60,852 nt of DNA, from the IMG/VR virus record IMGVR_UViG_3300035156_000177, positions 1-60,852 of that record; one strand, 5' to 3'. Below the pieces are notes generated by a model. It saw only the letters and a program-made list of their open reading frames with translations, ran no database searches and was not told where the DNA came from. Origin of the DNA: a virus (Duplodnaviria > Caudoviricetes). A program made the position numbers and the translations under genes. Numbering within the stretch: the first letter of the stretch is position 1; each line of letters begins with the position of its first letter. This document shows positions 34,905-44,830 of the stretch, piece after piece.

Positions 34905-36617
34905 ATGGCGGTGAAGATCTTCAAGCTGGCCCGGTGGACGGGGCCTTGGGGTGTGGACCTGATCCAGGGGGTCAAGTACATCCGGATGAGGAGCGGCAAG
35001 ATCCGCTACGTGATCGCCCAGGCGGAGAAGGTCCGGGGTCAGGACGAGGAGGACACGGTTTTCCGGGAGACCGACGGCGACGGGAACTTCGTGGCCACCT
35101 GGGTCCAGAAGCGCGGCGGTCACGGGTCGAGTTTCGGGTTGGACGAGATCGACGGGGACCTGTGCGTGTGGCAGGGGCATCTGGTGAAGGGCGTCGGCTG
35201 GTGGCCGCTGGGCCGGCCCGGTGAGTTCCATCCCGTCAAAGGTGTTCCGAACGGCGACGTTTCTGTTGATCCGAAGGACGATTTGCTGTCGGTGCGTCGC
35301 GGTAACCGCCATATTGTCTACGCGCTGTCATCTGTGAAGGACGGCGCACCGATTGTGTTGGCCGATACGACGGTTCCGTCGTGGGGGAAGCGGTTTCAGG
35401 GTTCGATGGTCACACAGCTCGCCGACGGCCGGATCGCGCAGCTGGTGCACCGTGATGTCGAGTCGAACGGGGCGTCGCGGGCGCACCGGTTCGTGATCGA
35501 GAAGGGCGAGCTCGTCGAGGACGGGTGGGTGGACACCGCACCGTTGCCGGGCAAGACGTCGAGGGAGGCCGAGGGGTTCCTCGAGGAGGAGGGCGTGATC
35601 AGTGCGACCTTCCGGATCGGCGGGAACAACTCGTCGAGGACAGTGATGGCGGTCCCGCTGCAGTGGCAGGGCCTTGTCGAGGTGGGCTGCGACAGCCCGC
35701 CCCCAGAGATTCAGGAGCTCGAGATGGCCAAGGACTACACGACCGGATATGGGTGGACCGCGTCGCCGGACCCCGACACGTGGGGCGGCAACGCGACGAT
35801 CGACTGCTACGGGACCAAGTTCCGGGTGCGCCGGGACCTGGTGATCGGGAGCAAGGACGGCATCCTCGCCGACGCCTTCCGCTACCTGATCTTCTCGTTC
35901 AACCGGCGGGTGGAGCGGATCTCGGAGTACGCGAAGGGCGACGACTGGTCGTTCTACTTCAAGGCCAACGCCAACAACCCGAACAAGATCTCCGAGCACG
36001 GCGGCGGGGTGGCGATCGACATCAACGCGACCCAGCACCCCAACGGCGCAAGCAGCAAGTACGTGGGGTTTACCAAGGCCCAGGTCGCCGAGATCGACCA
36101 GATCCTCGATGAGATGGAGGGGATCATGGAGTGGGGCGGCAACTGGCGTTCCACGATCGACGGGATGCACTTCAACATGGCGCCGGGGACGAACAGCACG
36201 GCGGGCAAGAAGGAGGTGGCCCGGGTGGTGGGTGAGCTGCGGAAGCGGATGAAGGCGGACCCGACCAACTTCGGTCTGCCGGGGATGCCGCCGGCCAAGC
36301 CGTTGATCTCGCTGCGGGCGGTCCAGAAGGCGATTGAGGGCCGGGAGCGGCTCGACCTGGGGGAGGACGGGAAGCAGTACCAGACCATGCTCAACCGGTT
36401 CCACGACTATGTCCTCGAGGTCGACGGAATTCTCGGGAAGGACACGCGCCGGTCGACGTCTTTGGCCCAGCTGAAAGTCGCCCAGGGAAATGGCAACACG
36501 ACGTTGGACAAGGACGACTGCTGGCAGGACGGTAAAACCGACTTCCATCCTGACCTGGACGGTATTCCCGGTAAAGAGCTGTTCGCCGCTCTCGGCATTG
36601 ATAACAGTGACTCATGA
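34905..36617 (+). CDS. endolysin: N-terminal beta-propeller fused to M15 (L-Ala-D-Glu-type) peptidase and PG-binding-like C-terminus
   Basis: SEHGGGVAIDIN...WGGNW...DGMHF; VDGILG..T and LDGIPG; adjacent to holin; internal AGGAG plus ATG at 35724. Confidence 0.85.
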   Translation: MAVKIFKLARWTGPWGVDLIQGVKYIRMRSGKIRYVIAQAEKVRGQDEEDTVFRETDGDGNFVATWVQKRGGHGSSFGLDEIDGDLCVWQGHLVKGVGWWPLGRPGEFHPVKGVPNGDVSVDPKDDLLSVRRGNRHIVYALSSVKDGAPIVLADTTVPSWGKRFQGSMVTQLADGRIAQLVHRDVESNGASRAHRFVIEKGELVEDGWVDTAPLPGKTSREAEGFLEEEGVISATFRIGGNNSSRTVMAVPLQWQGLVEVGCDSPPPEIQELEMAKDYTTGYGWTASPDPDTWGGNATIDCYGTKFRVRRDLVIGSKDGILADAFRYLIFSFNRRVERISEYAKGDDWSFYFKANANNPNKISEHGGGVAIDINATQHPNGASSKYVGFTKAQVAEIDQILDEMEGIMEWGGNWRSTIDGMHFNMAPGTNSTAGKKEVARVVGELRKRMKADPTNFGLPGMPPAKPLISLRAVQKAIEGRERLDLGEDGKQYQTMLNRFHDYVLEVDGILGKDTRRSTSLAQLKVAQGNGNTTLDKDDCWQDGKTDFHPDLDGIPGKELFAALGIDNSDS

Positions 36618-36895
36618 GTATCTGGCAGAAGGATTTCTGGAAGGCTGCGGTCGAGCGCATGGTTCGGGGTGCGGCTATCGGGGCAGGGACAATTGTCGGC
36701 GGTGACGTGTTCAATGCCTTCGAGGCTGACTGGGAGCGGATTGGCGGGGCCGCTGCGGGCGGGGCGTTCCTGTCGTTGCTGTTCTCGCTGATCGGTAACG
36801 CCGCCTCGGGGAACGGTCCGTCGTTCACCAGCACCGAGCAGGTCGCCACCGGCTACGGCACGTCGCTTGCGGAGCGGGAAGCGGGCGAGAAGTAG
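36614..36895 (+). CDS. holin (r1t-like)
   Basis: FWKAAVER.VR.AA, two TMs, LSLL.S....GPS; ATGA-coupled to the lysin. Confidence 0.85.
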   Translation: MSIWQKDFWKAAVERMVRGAAIGAGTIVGGDVFNAFEADWERIGGAAAGGAFLSLLFSLIGNAASGNGPSFTSTEQVATGYGTSLAEREAGEK

Positions 36896-37920
36896 TGCCG
36901 ACGCCGGAGGAGGTCCAGGCTGTCGTTGACGAGGCGGTTGCCGGCCTGGGCGCGCGGATCCACGCCATGTTCGGCACGACCCCACCCCCGCCGGACCCGT
37001 TGGCGGAGAATCTGGGCCTGATGATCTTCGTCAAGGAGGAGACCTTCGACCGGGACCTGGCCGAGCTGGTCGCCACGGGCGCGACCTGGGGCCGGTTCGA
37101 CATCCCGATCGGTGCGTACGGGTCGATCAGCAACGGGGTGTTCACTCGAAACGCAGCCAAGGCCATCTTCTACAAGCAGGCCATGGCCCAGGTCCGCGCG
37201 GCCGGCATCAAGGTCGTCCTGGTGATGGCGTCGCTCTACGTCAACAACACCTGGTCCGAGGCCCAGTTCAACGACTACAACGGCCAGTACGTCAAGGCGG
37301 TCGCCGAGGACATCGGGGAGTTCGTCGACCTGTGGCAGATCTACAACGAGCACGACGGGCGGGACTACCGCAACCATGCGTCGCTCAACAACGTGCTGTC
37401 GCCGACTTACCTGCAGCGCATGAACACGTCTCTGACCGTCATGCGCGACCGGATCCGCTCGGTGGCCGGGCTCGAGGCGGCGAAGATCACCACGACCCCG
37501 TTCGGCTACCCCGTCAACGATGCGAGAGTGGCGAAGTGGAAGGCGTTCTTCGACGGGCTGCCCGTGCTGGACGTCATCTGCGTGCACGCCTACCCGGAGA
37601 AGTCGGCGACCGCGATGTCGATCATGACGGTTGCGATGCGTGAGCTTCGAGCCCGCTACGGCAAGCCGGTTGGGATCCTGGAGTTCGGGCTGCCGTCGGT
37701 GACGTCGTACGGGACCTTCGATGTGGTCGGGGATGCGGTCGTGGCCCAGATCCACGCGGTGATGCTGGCCGACCCGTTCGTCGCCACCCTCTACCAGCTG
37801 CGAGACCGCGGGGTGTCGTCCACCAACGGTGAGCTCGCGTTCGGGATCCTGACCAACGGGTTCTCACCGAAGGCCGGGATCTACGACAAGGTGGTCGCCA
37901 AGATCAAGACTTACCGCTGA
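36895..37920 (+). CDS. glycoside hydrolase, clan GH-A TIM barrel
   Basis: W.RFD, WQIYNE (acid/base), HAYP, ILEFG (nucleophile), YQLRD, E..FGIL. Confidence 0.8.
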   Translation: MPTPEEVQAVVDEAVAGLGARIHAMFGTTPPPPDPLAENLGLMIFVKEETFDRDLAELVATGATWGRFDIPIGAYGSISNGVFTRNAAKAIFYKQAMAQVRAAGIKVVLVMASLYVNNTWSEAQFNDYNGQYVKAVAEDIGEFVDLWQIYNEHDGRDYRNHASLNNVLSPTYLQRMNTSLTVMRDRIRSVAGLEAAKITTTPFGYPVNDARVAKWKAFFDGLPVLDVICVHAYPEKSATAMSIMTVAMRELRARYGKPVGILEFGLPSVTSYGTFDVVGDAVVAQIHAVMLADPFVATLYQLRDRGVSSTNGELAFGILTNGFSPKAGIYDKVVAKIKTYR

Positions 37921-38086
37921 CCGGGCGTGTCCCGAGCTGCAGCGTCGGGTCTGTGGCACCCTGAGGCGTAGCCCCTCGACCGGGCATCGCCGGAACCCCC
38001 TCTCCTCCAGCCTGGGAGAGGGTGTTCTGCGTTTGGGGGCTGCTACGGTTGACCCCGTCGAGGCCAACGATTCCGAAGGGCTCGAC

Positions 38087-38437
38087 ATGCCTCTCTCCGT
38101 TGCTGCGAAGAACACGATGCTCACCGCTCTGGCCGGTGTCTCGGGCTTCGCCTCCCTCCACACGGCCGACCCGGGCACCACGGGCGCCAGCGAGGCCACG
38201 GGTGGCGCCCCGGCCTACGCTCGCAAGGCGATCACCTGGAACGCCGCGGCCGCGGGTTCGCTGGACAACAACGCCAACCCCGTCTTCGACGTCCCGGCCG
38301 GCACCTACACCCACTTCGGCCTGTGGTCGGCGGTGACCGGCGGCACCTTCCAGGGCGGCGGCACGCTGTCGGCGTCGGAGACCTTCGCCGCCCAGGGCCA
38401 GTACACCCTGAGCGACTGCGACATCAACCTGCCCTGA
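38087..38437 (+). CDS. virion structural protein (fibre or decoration-like)
   Basis: LHTADPG..GA.E..GG..YAR..ITW, HFGLW.A..GG.F. Confidence 0.75.
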   Translation: MPLSVAAKNTMLTALAGVSGFASLHTADPGTTGASEATGGAPAYARKAITWNAAAAGSLDNNANPVFDVPAGTYTHFGLWSAVTGGTFQGGGTLSASETFAAQGQYTLSDCDINLP

Positions 38438-38482
38438 TGGTCGTAGGGGAGAACAGCGCCCCGGAGTCCGAGAGCGGTTGAC

Positions 38483-40399
38483 ATGGTGGTGCTCGACGAG
38501 ACCTTGGCCGCGTACGAGGCGGACCACCGGCTCCACCACCAGGTCCTGCGCGACGCGTTTCTGATGCGCAACCCTGCGGCGCAGCTGCCGGTGTTCGTGA
38601 ACTACGGGGTGGTCCACGACGAGATCCATGCGACCCTGCACGACGAGCACAACGACCTGGGGCTGACCCCGACGCTCCCGACGGCCATTGGCGGATCTGA
38701 GCACGTCGAGCACCACGAGATCCTGGCAGCCGCCCACAACGTGCGGGAGGTTACCCCGGACATTCCCCAGACGGCGCTGCGCGGGTGGTGGAAGGCCGAC
38801 GCGATCACCGGGGTGGCGTCGGGGGCGGCGCTGACGTCGTGGCCGAGCTCGGTCGACGGCGGGGTTCCGTTGACGGCGACTACGGGCCCGTTGTACGTGT
38901 CGGAGGGGGCGGTACTGTCCAACACCCGCCCTGCGGTGCAGTTCACCGGCGCGGTCAACATGGTCTCGACCACCGATAACAACACCGCCTCCACCAAGTT
39001 CATCGTGCTCCGCCCTGGGTCGTTCGGTGGTGGGTCTTCGTTCTACGCCGGGTCCGGTGGCAACGGCTACGAGCTGGGCCTGGGCCCCGGTGGGAAGTTC
39101 GACGTGTTCGTGGGAAACACCATCGTGGCTCGCACGGGGACCGCTGAGGGGACCCCGATCCCGATCAACACCTGGCACGTCCTGGCGGTGCGGGGCAACG
39201 GGTCCAACTCGACGACCACCTACATCGACGGGGTGCAGGACGGGCCGACGTCGACCGCCGGCCACAGTCCGGCCTCCACCGGGACCATCGTGGGGTCGTC
39301 GAACGGGGGCGGGTACTTCAACGGCTGGATCTCGGAGGTCATCGACTACAGCGTCGCGCTGAGCGACCTCGAGATGGGCGAGGTGACCGACTACCTGCTG
39401 ACCAAGTACGCGATCGGCGAGGTGGGTGCGCCGGACCTGACAGGGGTGTTCCGCAACTTTGACTGGGACACCTCGGAGAACCAGGCGTTCACGCACTCGG
39501 CGTCGGACTACCAGGTCGGCGCCGCTCACCAGCACGCGTGGCTGACCACCCCCACCCGATTGGGCACCGGCCACTCGGAGCGCTTCGAGTGCCACGGTCA
39601 GGCCACCGACATCGCCGGTGGGAACTCGTACCGGGCGATGATGGACGTCGTCGACACCAACGAGGGCGGCGACACGGTGGGAGCGGTGATCGGCTATCCC
39701 GAGGTCTACTATGCCCTGTCGACGTTCTGGCCGACGGTGGCCGGGACCCCGTCGCAGGCGACGATCACCCCGGGCTACTCCCAGGTCGGGATCCCGTTCG
39801 AGTCCATCATGGAGATCCACGAGCGGGGGAACGTCAACGGTGGCACGGTCGGGATCAACAACCTCAACCAGGTGACCAACCACCACATCGGGCTCCGCAA
39901 CGGCCAGTTGCAGTACCGCGGCTGCAACGGGACCTGGACGTGGAACGGGAGCGGTTGGACGCAGCCGGCGTGGAACACGGGCACCCCGGGGACGACGGGG
40001 AAGAACGACCAGATCCCGGTGCCGATCGTGAAGCCGGGTGTGACGGACGCGGCGATGCCGTCGGACACCTGGGTCGACATCATCATCCACATCCTCTTCC
40101 GCAAGGACTCGACGGGGCTGGTCGAGGTGTGGGCCCGGCAGGCGGGGCAGGAGTTCACCACCCTGCCGGGGGTCACGATCAACGGCCCGACACACAAGGT
40201 CGCGGTCGGCTCCGACGGAGTCACCCGCTCGTCGGCCGACTACGAGGCGGCGAACCTGGTCACCGGGTGCTACTTCCACTGCGGTCTCTACCCGGCCGGG
40301 ACGGTCTGGGCCGACGGGACCAACGGGGCGCATGTGCAGATCATCGACGAGCTGCGGCGTTACGGAACGCTGGCCGAAGCCAAAGCCAACTGGGAGTAG
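38483..40399 (+). CDS. LamG/concanavalin-like domain plus polysaccharide-lyase-like domain protein
   Basis: WWKAD..G...L.SW, WHVL, YIDG, FNG.ISEV..Y..ALS; C-terminal EIH...W.DII.HI.F....G.VEVW...YF..GLY. Confidence 0.6.
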   Translation: MVVLDETLAAYEADHRLHHQVLRDAFLMRNPAAQLPVFVNYGVVHDEIHATLHDEHNDLGLTPTLPTAIGGSEHVEHHEILAAAHNVREVTPDIPQTALRGWWKADAITGVASGAALTSWPSSVDGGVPLTATTGPLYVSEGAVLSNTRPAVQFTGAVNMVSTTDNNTASTKFIVLRPGSFGGGSSFYAGSGGNGYELGLGPGGKFDVFVGNTIVARTGTAEGTPIPINTWHVLAVRGNGSNSTTTYIDGVQDGPTSTAGHSPASTGTIVGSSNGGGYFNGWISEVIDYSVALSDLEMGEVTDYLLTKYAIGEVGAPDLTGVFRNFDWDTSENQAFTHSASDYQVGAAHQHAWLTTPTRLGTGHSERFECHGQATDIAGGNSYRAMMDVVDTNEGGDTVGAVIGYPEVYYALSTFWPTVAGTPSQATITPGYSQVGIPFESIMEIHERGNVNGGTVGINNLNQVTNHHIGLRNGQLQYRGCNGTWTWNGSGWTQPAWNTGTPGTTGKNDQIPVPIVKPGVTDAAMPSDTWVDIIIHILFRKDSTGLVEVWARQAGQEFTTLPGVTINGPTHKVAVGSDGVTRSSADYEAANLVTGCYFHCGLYPAGTVWADGTNGAHVQIIDELRRYGTLAEAKANWE

Positions 40400-40456
40400 A
40401 CAATGAAGTCTTTGAGGCACGTCGGCCTTTCGACCGTGACGTCGATCGGCTGATCC

Positions 40457-43400
40457 ATGGCTGACCCCACGACAGTCGCAGGGCTACGAGGGCGGTGGCG
40501 CGCGTCGACCATCGACTCGCCCCCGGTTGACGGGGGTGCCCTGCAGACCTGGACCGACACCTCGGCCTCCGGTGCGCACGCGGTCCAGGCCACGGTCGGT
40601 TTCCGTCCGGTCTACCGGACCTCGGGCGCCGCCCTGCCCAACGGCAAGCCGATCGTGGAGTTCACCTCGGCCAGCTCGCAGCGGGTGGTGGCCACGCTGC
40701 CCCAGAACACGGCGGTCACCCGGTTCCTGGTGATCCGGCTCAAGACGCTGTCGGCCAACCAGTCGGTGACCTCGTCGCCGCTGCAGCAGATCGTCACCAC
40801 CGCAGGTAAGTACTCCACCGGTGTGCAGAACGTGGCGTTCCTGGTCAACGCCACCGGTGCCGCGGTGCTGGCCGTCGACACCTGGTACATCCTCACCGTC
40901 ACCGACAACGGGTCGAACTCCGACACCACGTTCGTCAACGGGGCCCAGGACGGCACGTCGGCGACCGCTCACACGAACACCGGGACCGCGCTCACTATCG
41001 GAGCGAAGACCGACGGCGGCGAGTCACTCAACGGCTACGTCGCGGAGGTCCTGGACTACAGCTCGGTCCTCTCGGCCGCTGACCGGGCCACGGTCCACAC
41101 GTACCTGTCCGACGAGTACGGCATAGCGGTCGCGGACTATGTCGACCCCGCTGCGATCAGCCTGCGCGCGGTCGGTGCTCACACGGCGGCCGCAGCCGCG
41201 GTTAGCCCGCTGGTCCCGACGACGCCAGCGGGGCTGACTGCGGACGACATCTCGATCCTCACCGTGCAGGGCAAGCGTTCGGTGGCGGCCACCGCCCCGA
41301 CGGTCAGCACCCCGGTCGGGTGGACCCTGCTCGACATCACCCACGCTCCAGGGGTGGTGGCCGGGGTGGACACGGGGTCGAACACGGTGGCCACGTTCTA
41401 CCGGGTCGGGACCTACACCGACCCGTCGATCACGACGACCGGGTTCAACTCGGTGGGCGCGGTGATCGTGGCCTACACCCCGGGCACCGGCAAGACCTGG
41501 GTCAACCCCGTATCGACTTCGGGGTCGGACACCACATCGGGTGCGAACGGGGCGATCACGGCGGACGCGGGGCTCGACGTCCAGCCCTACGACCTGGTGC
41601 TCGTGGCGGCCGGCCTGTCCGGTGATGCGGGCACGGTGACCGCGCCGACCATCGGCGGGATGACCGGGGCGACCACCCTCCCGACCGTGACCCAGGTCAA
41701 CTTCGCGGTCACCACTGGCAACGATGTCCGCACCCTGATCGCTGACGAGAAGGTCAGCGCGGGCACCTCCAGTGTCGCGCCGACGTTCGCTTACACCAAC
41801 GCCTCGTCGCTCACGTCGCACGCCCAGTTCGTCCGGCTCCGCGCGGTCGCACAGTCGACCAGCGCATCAGGCACCGGAGAGATCAGTCAGACCTCAGCGC
41901 TCACCTCGACCGGCGAGAAGGGTGCGCAGGCGACGGGAGAGATCAGCCAGTCCTCGACCGTCGAATCGAATGGCACCAAGGCCGCGATCGCCACCGGGAC
42001 GATCAGCCAGAGTTCGACGGTCACCTCGACGGGCGCGAAGTCGACCACGGGTACGGGTGCGATCAGCCAGACGTCGGCGGTCGTCTCGACGGGTCTCAAG
42101 GGGGCCTCGGGCACCGGGTCGGTCTCCCAGACAGACGATTTGACGTCGGTCGGCCTCAAAGGTGGCCTGGGGACCACGACGGTCAGCCAGACGCACAACC
42201 TCACGTCGACCGGCTACCAGATCCGGTCCGGCACTGGGACGCTGTCCCAGACGCACGCCACGTCGTCGGAGGGCACCAAGACGGGCGCCGGGACCACGAC
42301 CCTCGCCCAGACGTCTACCGTCGCTTCGGCGGGGGCCAAGGGCTCTTCCGGGTCCGGCTCGGTGTCGCAGTCTTCGGCGCTGACGTCGACCGGGTTCGGG
42401 ACCGACATCGGCGACATCTTCCTCCCCGAGTACGACCAGACCGAAGAGGTCGGCGGGTCTGGCCTGATCACCCAGACGCACGCCATGACCAGCACCGGGT
42501 CCAAGGCGGGGCAGGGCACCGGCTCGATCGACCAGGCGCACGCCCTGGTCGTCACCTCGGGGAAGGTCTCCTCCGGGACCGCGCAGGTCGCCCAGAGCAG
42601 CGACCTCGCCTCGAGTGGCGCCAAGTTCGGGTCGGGCTCGGGGCAGGTGTCGCAGAGCAACGACGTGTCGTCGACCGGGGCCAAGACTGGCATCGGCACC
42701 TCGGTCCTGTCCCAAACCAACGACCTGACCTCGACGGGTAGCAAGGCGGCTGCTGCGACCGGGTCCGTCGACCAGGCCTCGACGGCCACTTCGACCGGGG
42801 CCAAGACCGGGCTCGGGTCGGGGTCAATCAGCCAGACCAGCACGCTGACGGCGACCTCGGGCAAGGTGGTCACCGGAACGGCGACCCTCAGCCAGGTCTC
42901 CGACGTCACCTCGTCGGGCTCGAAGAGCACGACCGGGACCGGCTCGGTCAGCTCGATGTCCGACCTGACCGGTACCGGTGGCAAGCAGGCATCGGGCAGT
43001 GGCTCGATCACCCAGACGCACACTCTGACGTCGTCGGGGCAGCGGGTGCTGGCCAACCAGGGGTTCGGCTCGATCGACCAGACCCACGCCCTGACCTCGA
43101 GCGGCGCGAAGACCGCAGCGTCGGGGACGGGGCAGATCAGCCAGAGCCACACCCTGGCCGCGGTGTCCGGGAAGGTGTCAGCGGGCACCGCTACCCTTTC
43201 CCAGGCCTCGACCCTGATCACGACCGGCAGCAAGACCGCCGAGGGCAGCGCCACCATCGTCCAGGTGTCGGACCTGACGTCGGCGGGCAGCAAGGTCCAA
43301 GCCAACGCTGGCGCGGTGTCTATTGATCAGCCGAGCGATCTGACCGGCTCGGGGTCGAAGAGCGCTGCAGGTCAAGCCGAGTTGGATGTGCCGAGCAACA

Positions 43401-43960
43401 TCCAAGTTTCCGGGCAGAAACTTGGGTTTGGGCTGGGGGCTGTCGAGCAGACCAGCACCTATACCGGTTCGGGTGCTAAGACCGGTGTCGGGTCCGGGAC
43501 GATCAGTCAGGGGTCGTCGGTCACCGGTGGCGGCGAGACCATCATCGACGCCCGGTCCGGGTCTGGCACCCTCAGCCAGGCGAGCACCCTGTCGGCAGCT
43601 GGCGGCAAGACCATCACCGGCTCGGGCAGCATGACAACCTCGGCCGCTACGACCAGCTCGGTCGGGCTCAAGATGGCGGCCGGGGCCGGGTCGGTCGACC
43701 AGTCGGTGGCCATCACTGTCGAAGACTTCCGGTCTGGTTTCGGGATCGGCCACATCGACCAGGGTTCGGCGCTGCAGGCGGCGGGCAGTAAGCAGGCGGG
43801 CGGGCTCGGGACGGTCGCTCAGACCTCGACACTCTCCAGCTCGGGCGGCAAACTGGTCATCCAGTCGCGCGACATCGACTGCACTTTCACCCTGCTCGGA
43901 TCGCGCTACACCTTCGACGTGGTGCCGAGCCGTTATCTGTTCGAGATGGAGCCACGATGA
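40457..43960 (+). CDS. large virion fibre-like protein: LamG domain, beta-sandwich, long Ser/Thr/Gly 20-aa repeat
   Basis: LamG-like motifs shared with the upstream gene; about 30 repeats of G.G.I.Q...LTS.G.K. Confidence 0.75.
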   Translation: MADPTTVAGLRGRWRASTIDSPPVDGGALQTWTDTSASGAHAVQATVGFRPVYRTSGAALPNGKPIVEFTSASSQRVVATLPQNTAVTRFLVIRLKTLSANQSVTSSPLQQIVTTAGKYSTGVQNVAFLVNATGAAVLAVDTWYILTVTDNGSNSDTTFVNGAQDGTSATAHTNTGTALTIGAKTDGGESLNGYVAEVLDYSSVLSAADRATVHTYLSDEYGIAVADYVDPAAISLRAVGAHTAAAAAVSPLVPTTPAGLTADDISILTVQGKRSVAATAPTVSTPVGWTLLDITHAPGVVAGVDTGSNTVATFYRVGTYTDPSITTTGFNSVGAVIVAYTPGTGKTWVNPVSTSGSDTTSGANGAITADAGLDVQPYDLVLVAAGLSGDAGTVTAPTIGGMTGATTLPTVTQVNFAVTTGNDVRTLIADEKVSAGTSSVAPTFAYTNASSLTSHAQFVRLRAVAQSTSASGTGEISQTSALTSTGEKGAQATGEISQSSTVESNGTKAAIATGTISQSSTVTSTGAKSTTGTGAISQTSAVVSTGLKGASGTGSVSQTDDLTSVGLKGGLGTTTVSQTHNLTSTGYQIRSGTGTLSQTHATSSEGTKTGAGTTTLAQTSTVASAGAKGSSGSGSVSQSSALTSTGFGTDIGDIFLPEYDQTEEVGGSGLITQTHAMTSTGSKAGQGTGSIDQAHALVVTSGKVSSGTAQVAQSSDLASSGAKFGSGSGQVSQSNDVSSTGAKTGIGTSVLSQTNDLTSTGSKAAAATGSVDQASTATSTGAKTGLGSGSISQTSTLTATSGKVVTGTATLSQVSDVTSSGSKSTTGTGSVSSMSDLTGTGGKQASGSGSITQTHTLTSSGQRVLANQGFGSIDQTHALTSSGAKTAASGTGQISQSHTLAAVSGKVSAGTATLSQASTLITTGSKTAEGSATIVQVSDLTSAGSKVQANAGAVSIDQPSDLTGSGSKSAAGQAELDVPSNIQVSGQKLGFGLGAVEQTSTYTGSGAKTGVGSGTISQGSSVTGGGETIIDARSGSGTLSQASTLSAAGGKTITGSGSMTTSAATTSSVGLKMAAGAGSVDQSVAITVEDFRSGFGIGHIDQGSALQAAGSKQAGGLGTVAQTSTLSSSGGKLVIQSRDIDCTFTLLGSRYTFDVVPSRYLFEMEPR

Positions 43961-44271
43961 GAACGATCCGAGTCAGCCAGGGTTTCACCGACTTCGCCGA
44001 GGGGATCCTCACCGAGGTCGACAGTAAGGACCTGACGTTGACTGACAAGCGGATCGCCTTGGTGGCTGCGGGATCTCTCCCGCCGGCGCCGGGAACGGAC
44101 GGCTGGAAGACACCAGACCGGCTGGAGCGGCTAGCCGACCACCGGTGGAGGCTGAGCCTGTTCGTTGACAGCTCGTACGCGCTGGGTCAGTACTACCTAT
44201 GGGCGTTGCCGGTTGACAACCCGACGGAGACCCCTGTCCAGGCCAGCAACCACATGATCGTGCTGATCTAA
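43957..44271 (+). CDS. hypothetical virion-associated protein
   Basis: ATGA-coupled; G.Y.LW...DNP.E.PV. Confidence 0.6.
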   Translation: MRTIRVSQGFTDFAEGILTEVDSKDLTLTDKRIALVAAGSLPPAPGTDGWKTPDRLERLADHRWRLSLFVDSSYALGQYYLWALPVDNPTETPVQASNHMIVLI

Positions 44272-44308
44272 GATCGGCACCGTGAGCAACTACTAAGGAA
44301 GAGGGATC

Positions 44309-44521
44309 ATGGCCGTTTCACGCAAGCGGGTCGGAATCGTCAAGAATGACGGGTCCGGTTTCAAGCACAGCGACTTCTCGGTCGCGGCGCTCAACGAGTT
44401 ACGGGCTGGCCAGGTCCCGGAAGACTTCGGTGGCGACACCCACCACAACCTCCCCGAGTACCTCGGTGAGGGCCAGGCCGCCCAGCACGCCGCGACCCCG
44501 TACGACGACGGCGGGTACTGA
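44309..44521 (+). CDS. hypothetical protein
   Basis: AAGGAAGAGGG RBS. Confidence 0.6.
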   Translation: MAVSRKRVGIVKNDGSGFKHSDFSVAALNELRAGQVPEDFGGDTHHNLPEYLGEGQAAQHAATPYDDGGY

Positions 44522-44826
44522 TGGCCGGACGTGTCCTCAGGGACAGCAAGGGACGCTACGCCGGGTCGACGCGCGGCTGGGGCAGGGGGGTGAGCCGCGG
44601 CGGCAAGGGCGGTGCGTCCGGTGGCGGGCGGATCAAGAAGAAGGGGTCGGGGGTGATCTACTCCCGGCCCGCTGCGGTGGGGATGGCGATCAAGCGGGGC
44701 GTGTCGGTGGGCGGTCCGATCGCCGCGCTGAACCGTCGCAGCCCGTCGGCTCTGGCGACCGCGGCGGCCGTGGCGTCGGTGACCGGTGCGCAGACGTACC
44801 GCAAGGCGCGTACCGGGCGGCTGTGA
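44521..44826 (+). CDS. small basic Gly/Arg-rich protein
   Basis: TGATG coupling; RDSKGRYA motif. Confidence 0.6.
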   Translation: MAGRVLRDSKGRYAGSTRGWGRGVSRGGKGGASGGGRIKKKGSGVIYSRPAAVGMAIKRGVSVGGPIAALNRRSPSALATAAAVASVTGAQTYRKARTGRL

Positions 44827-44830
44827 GCTG

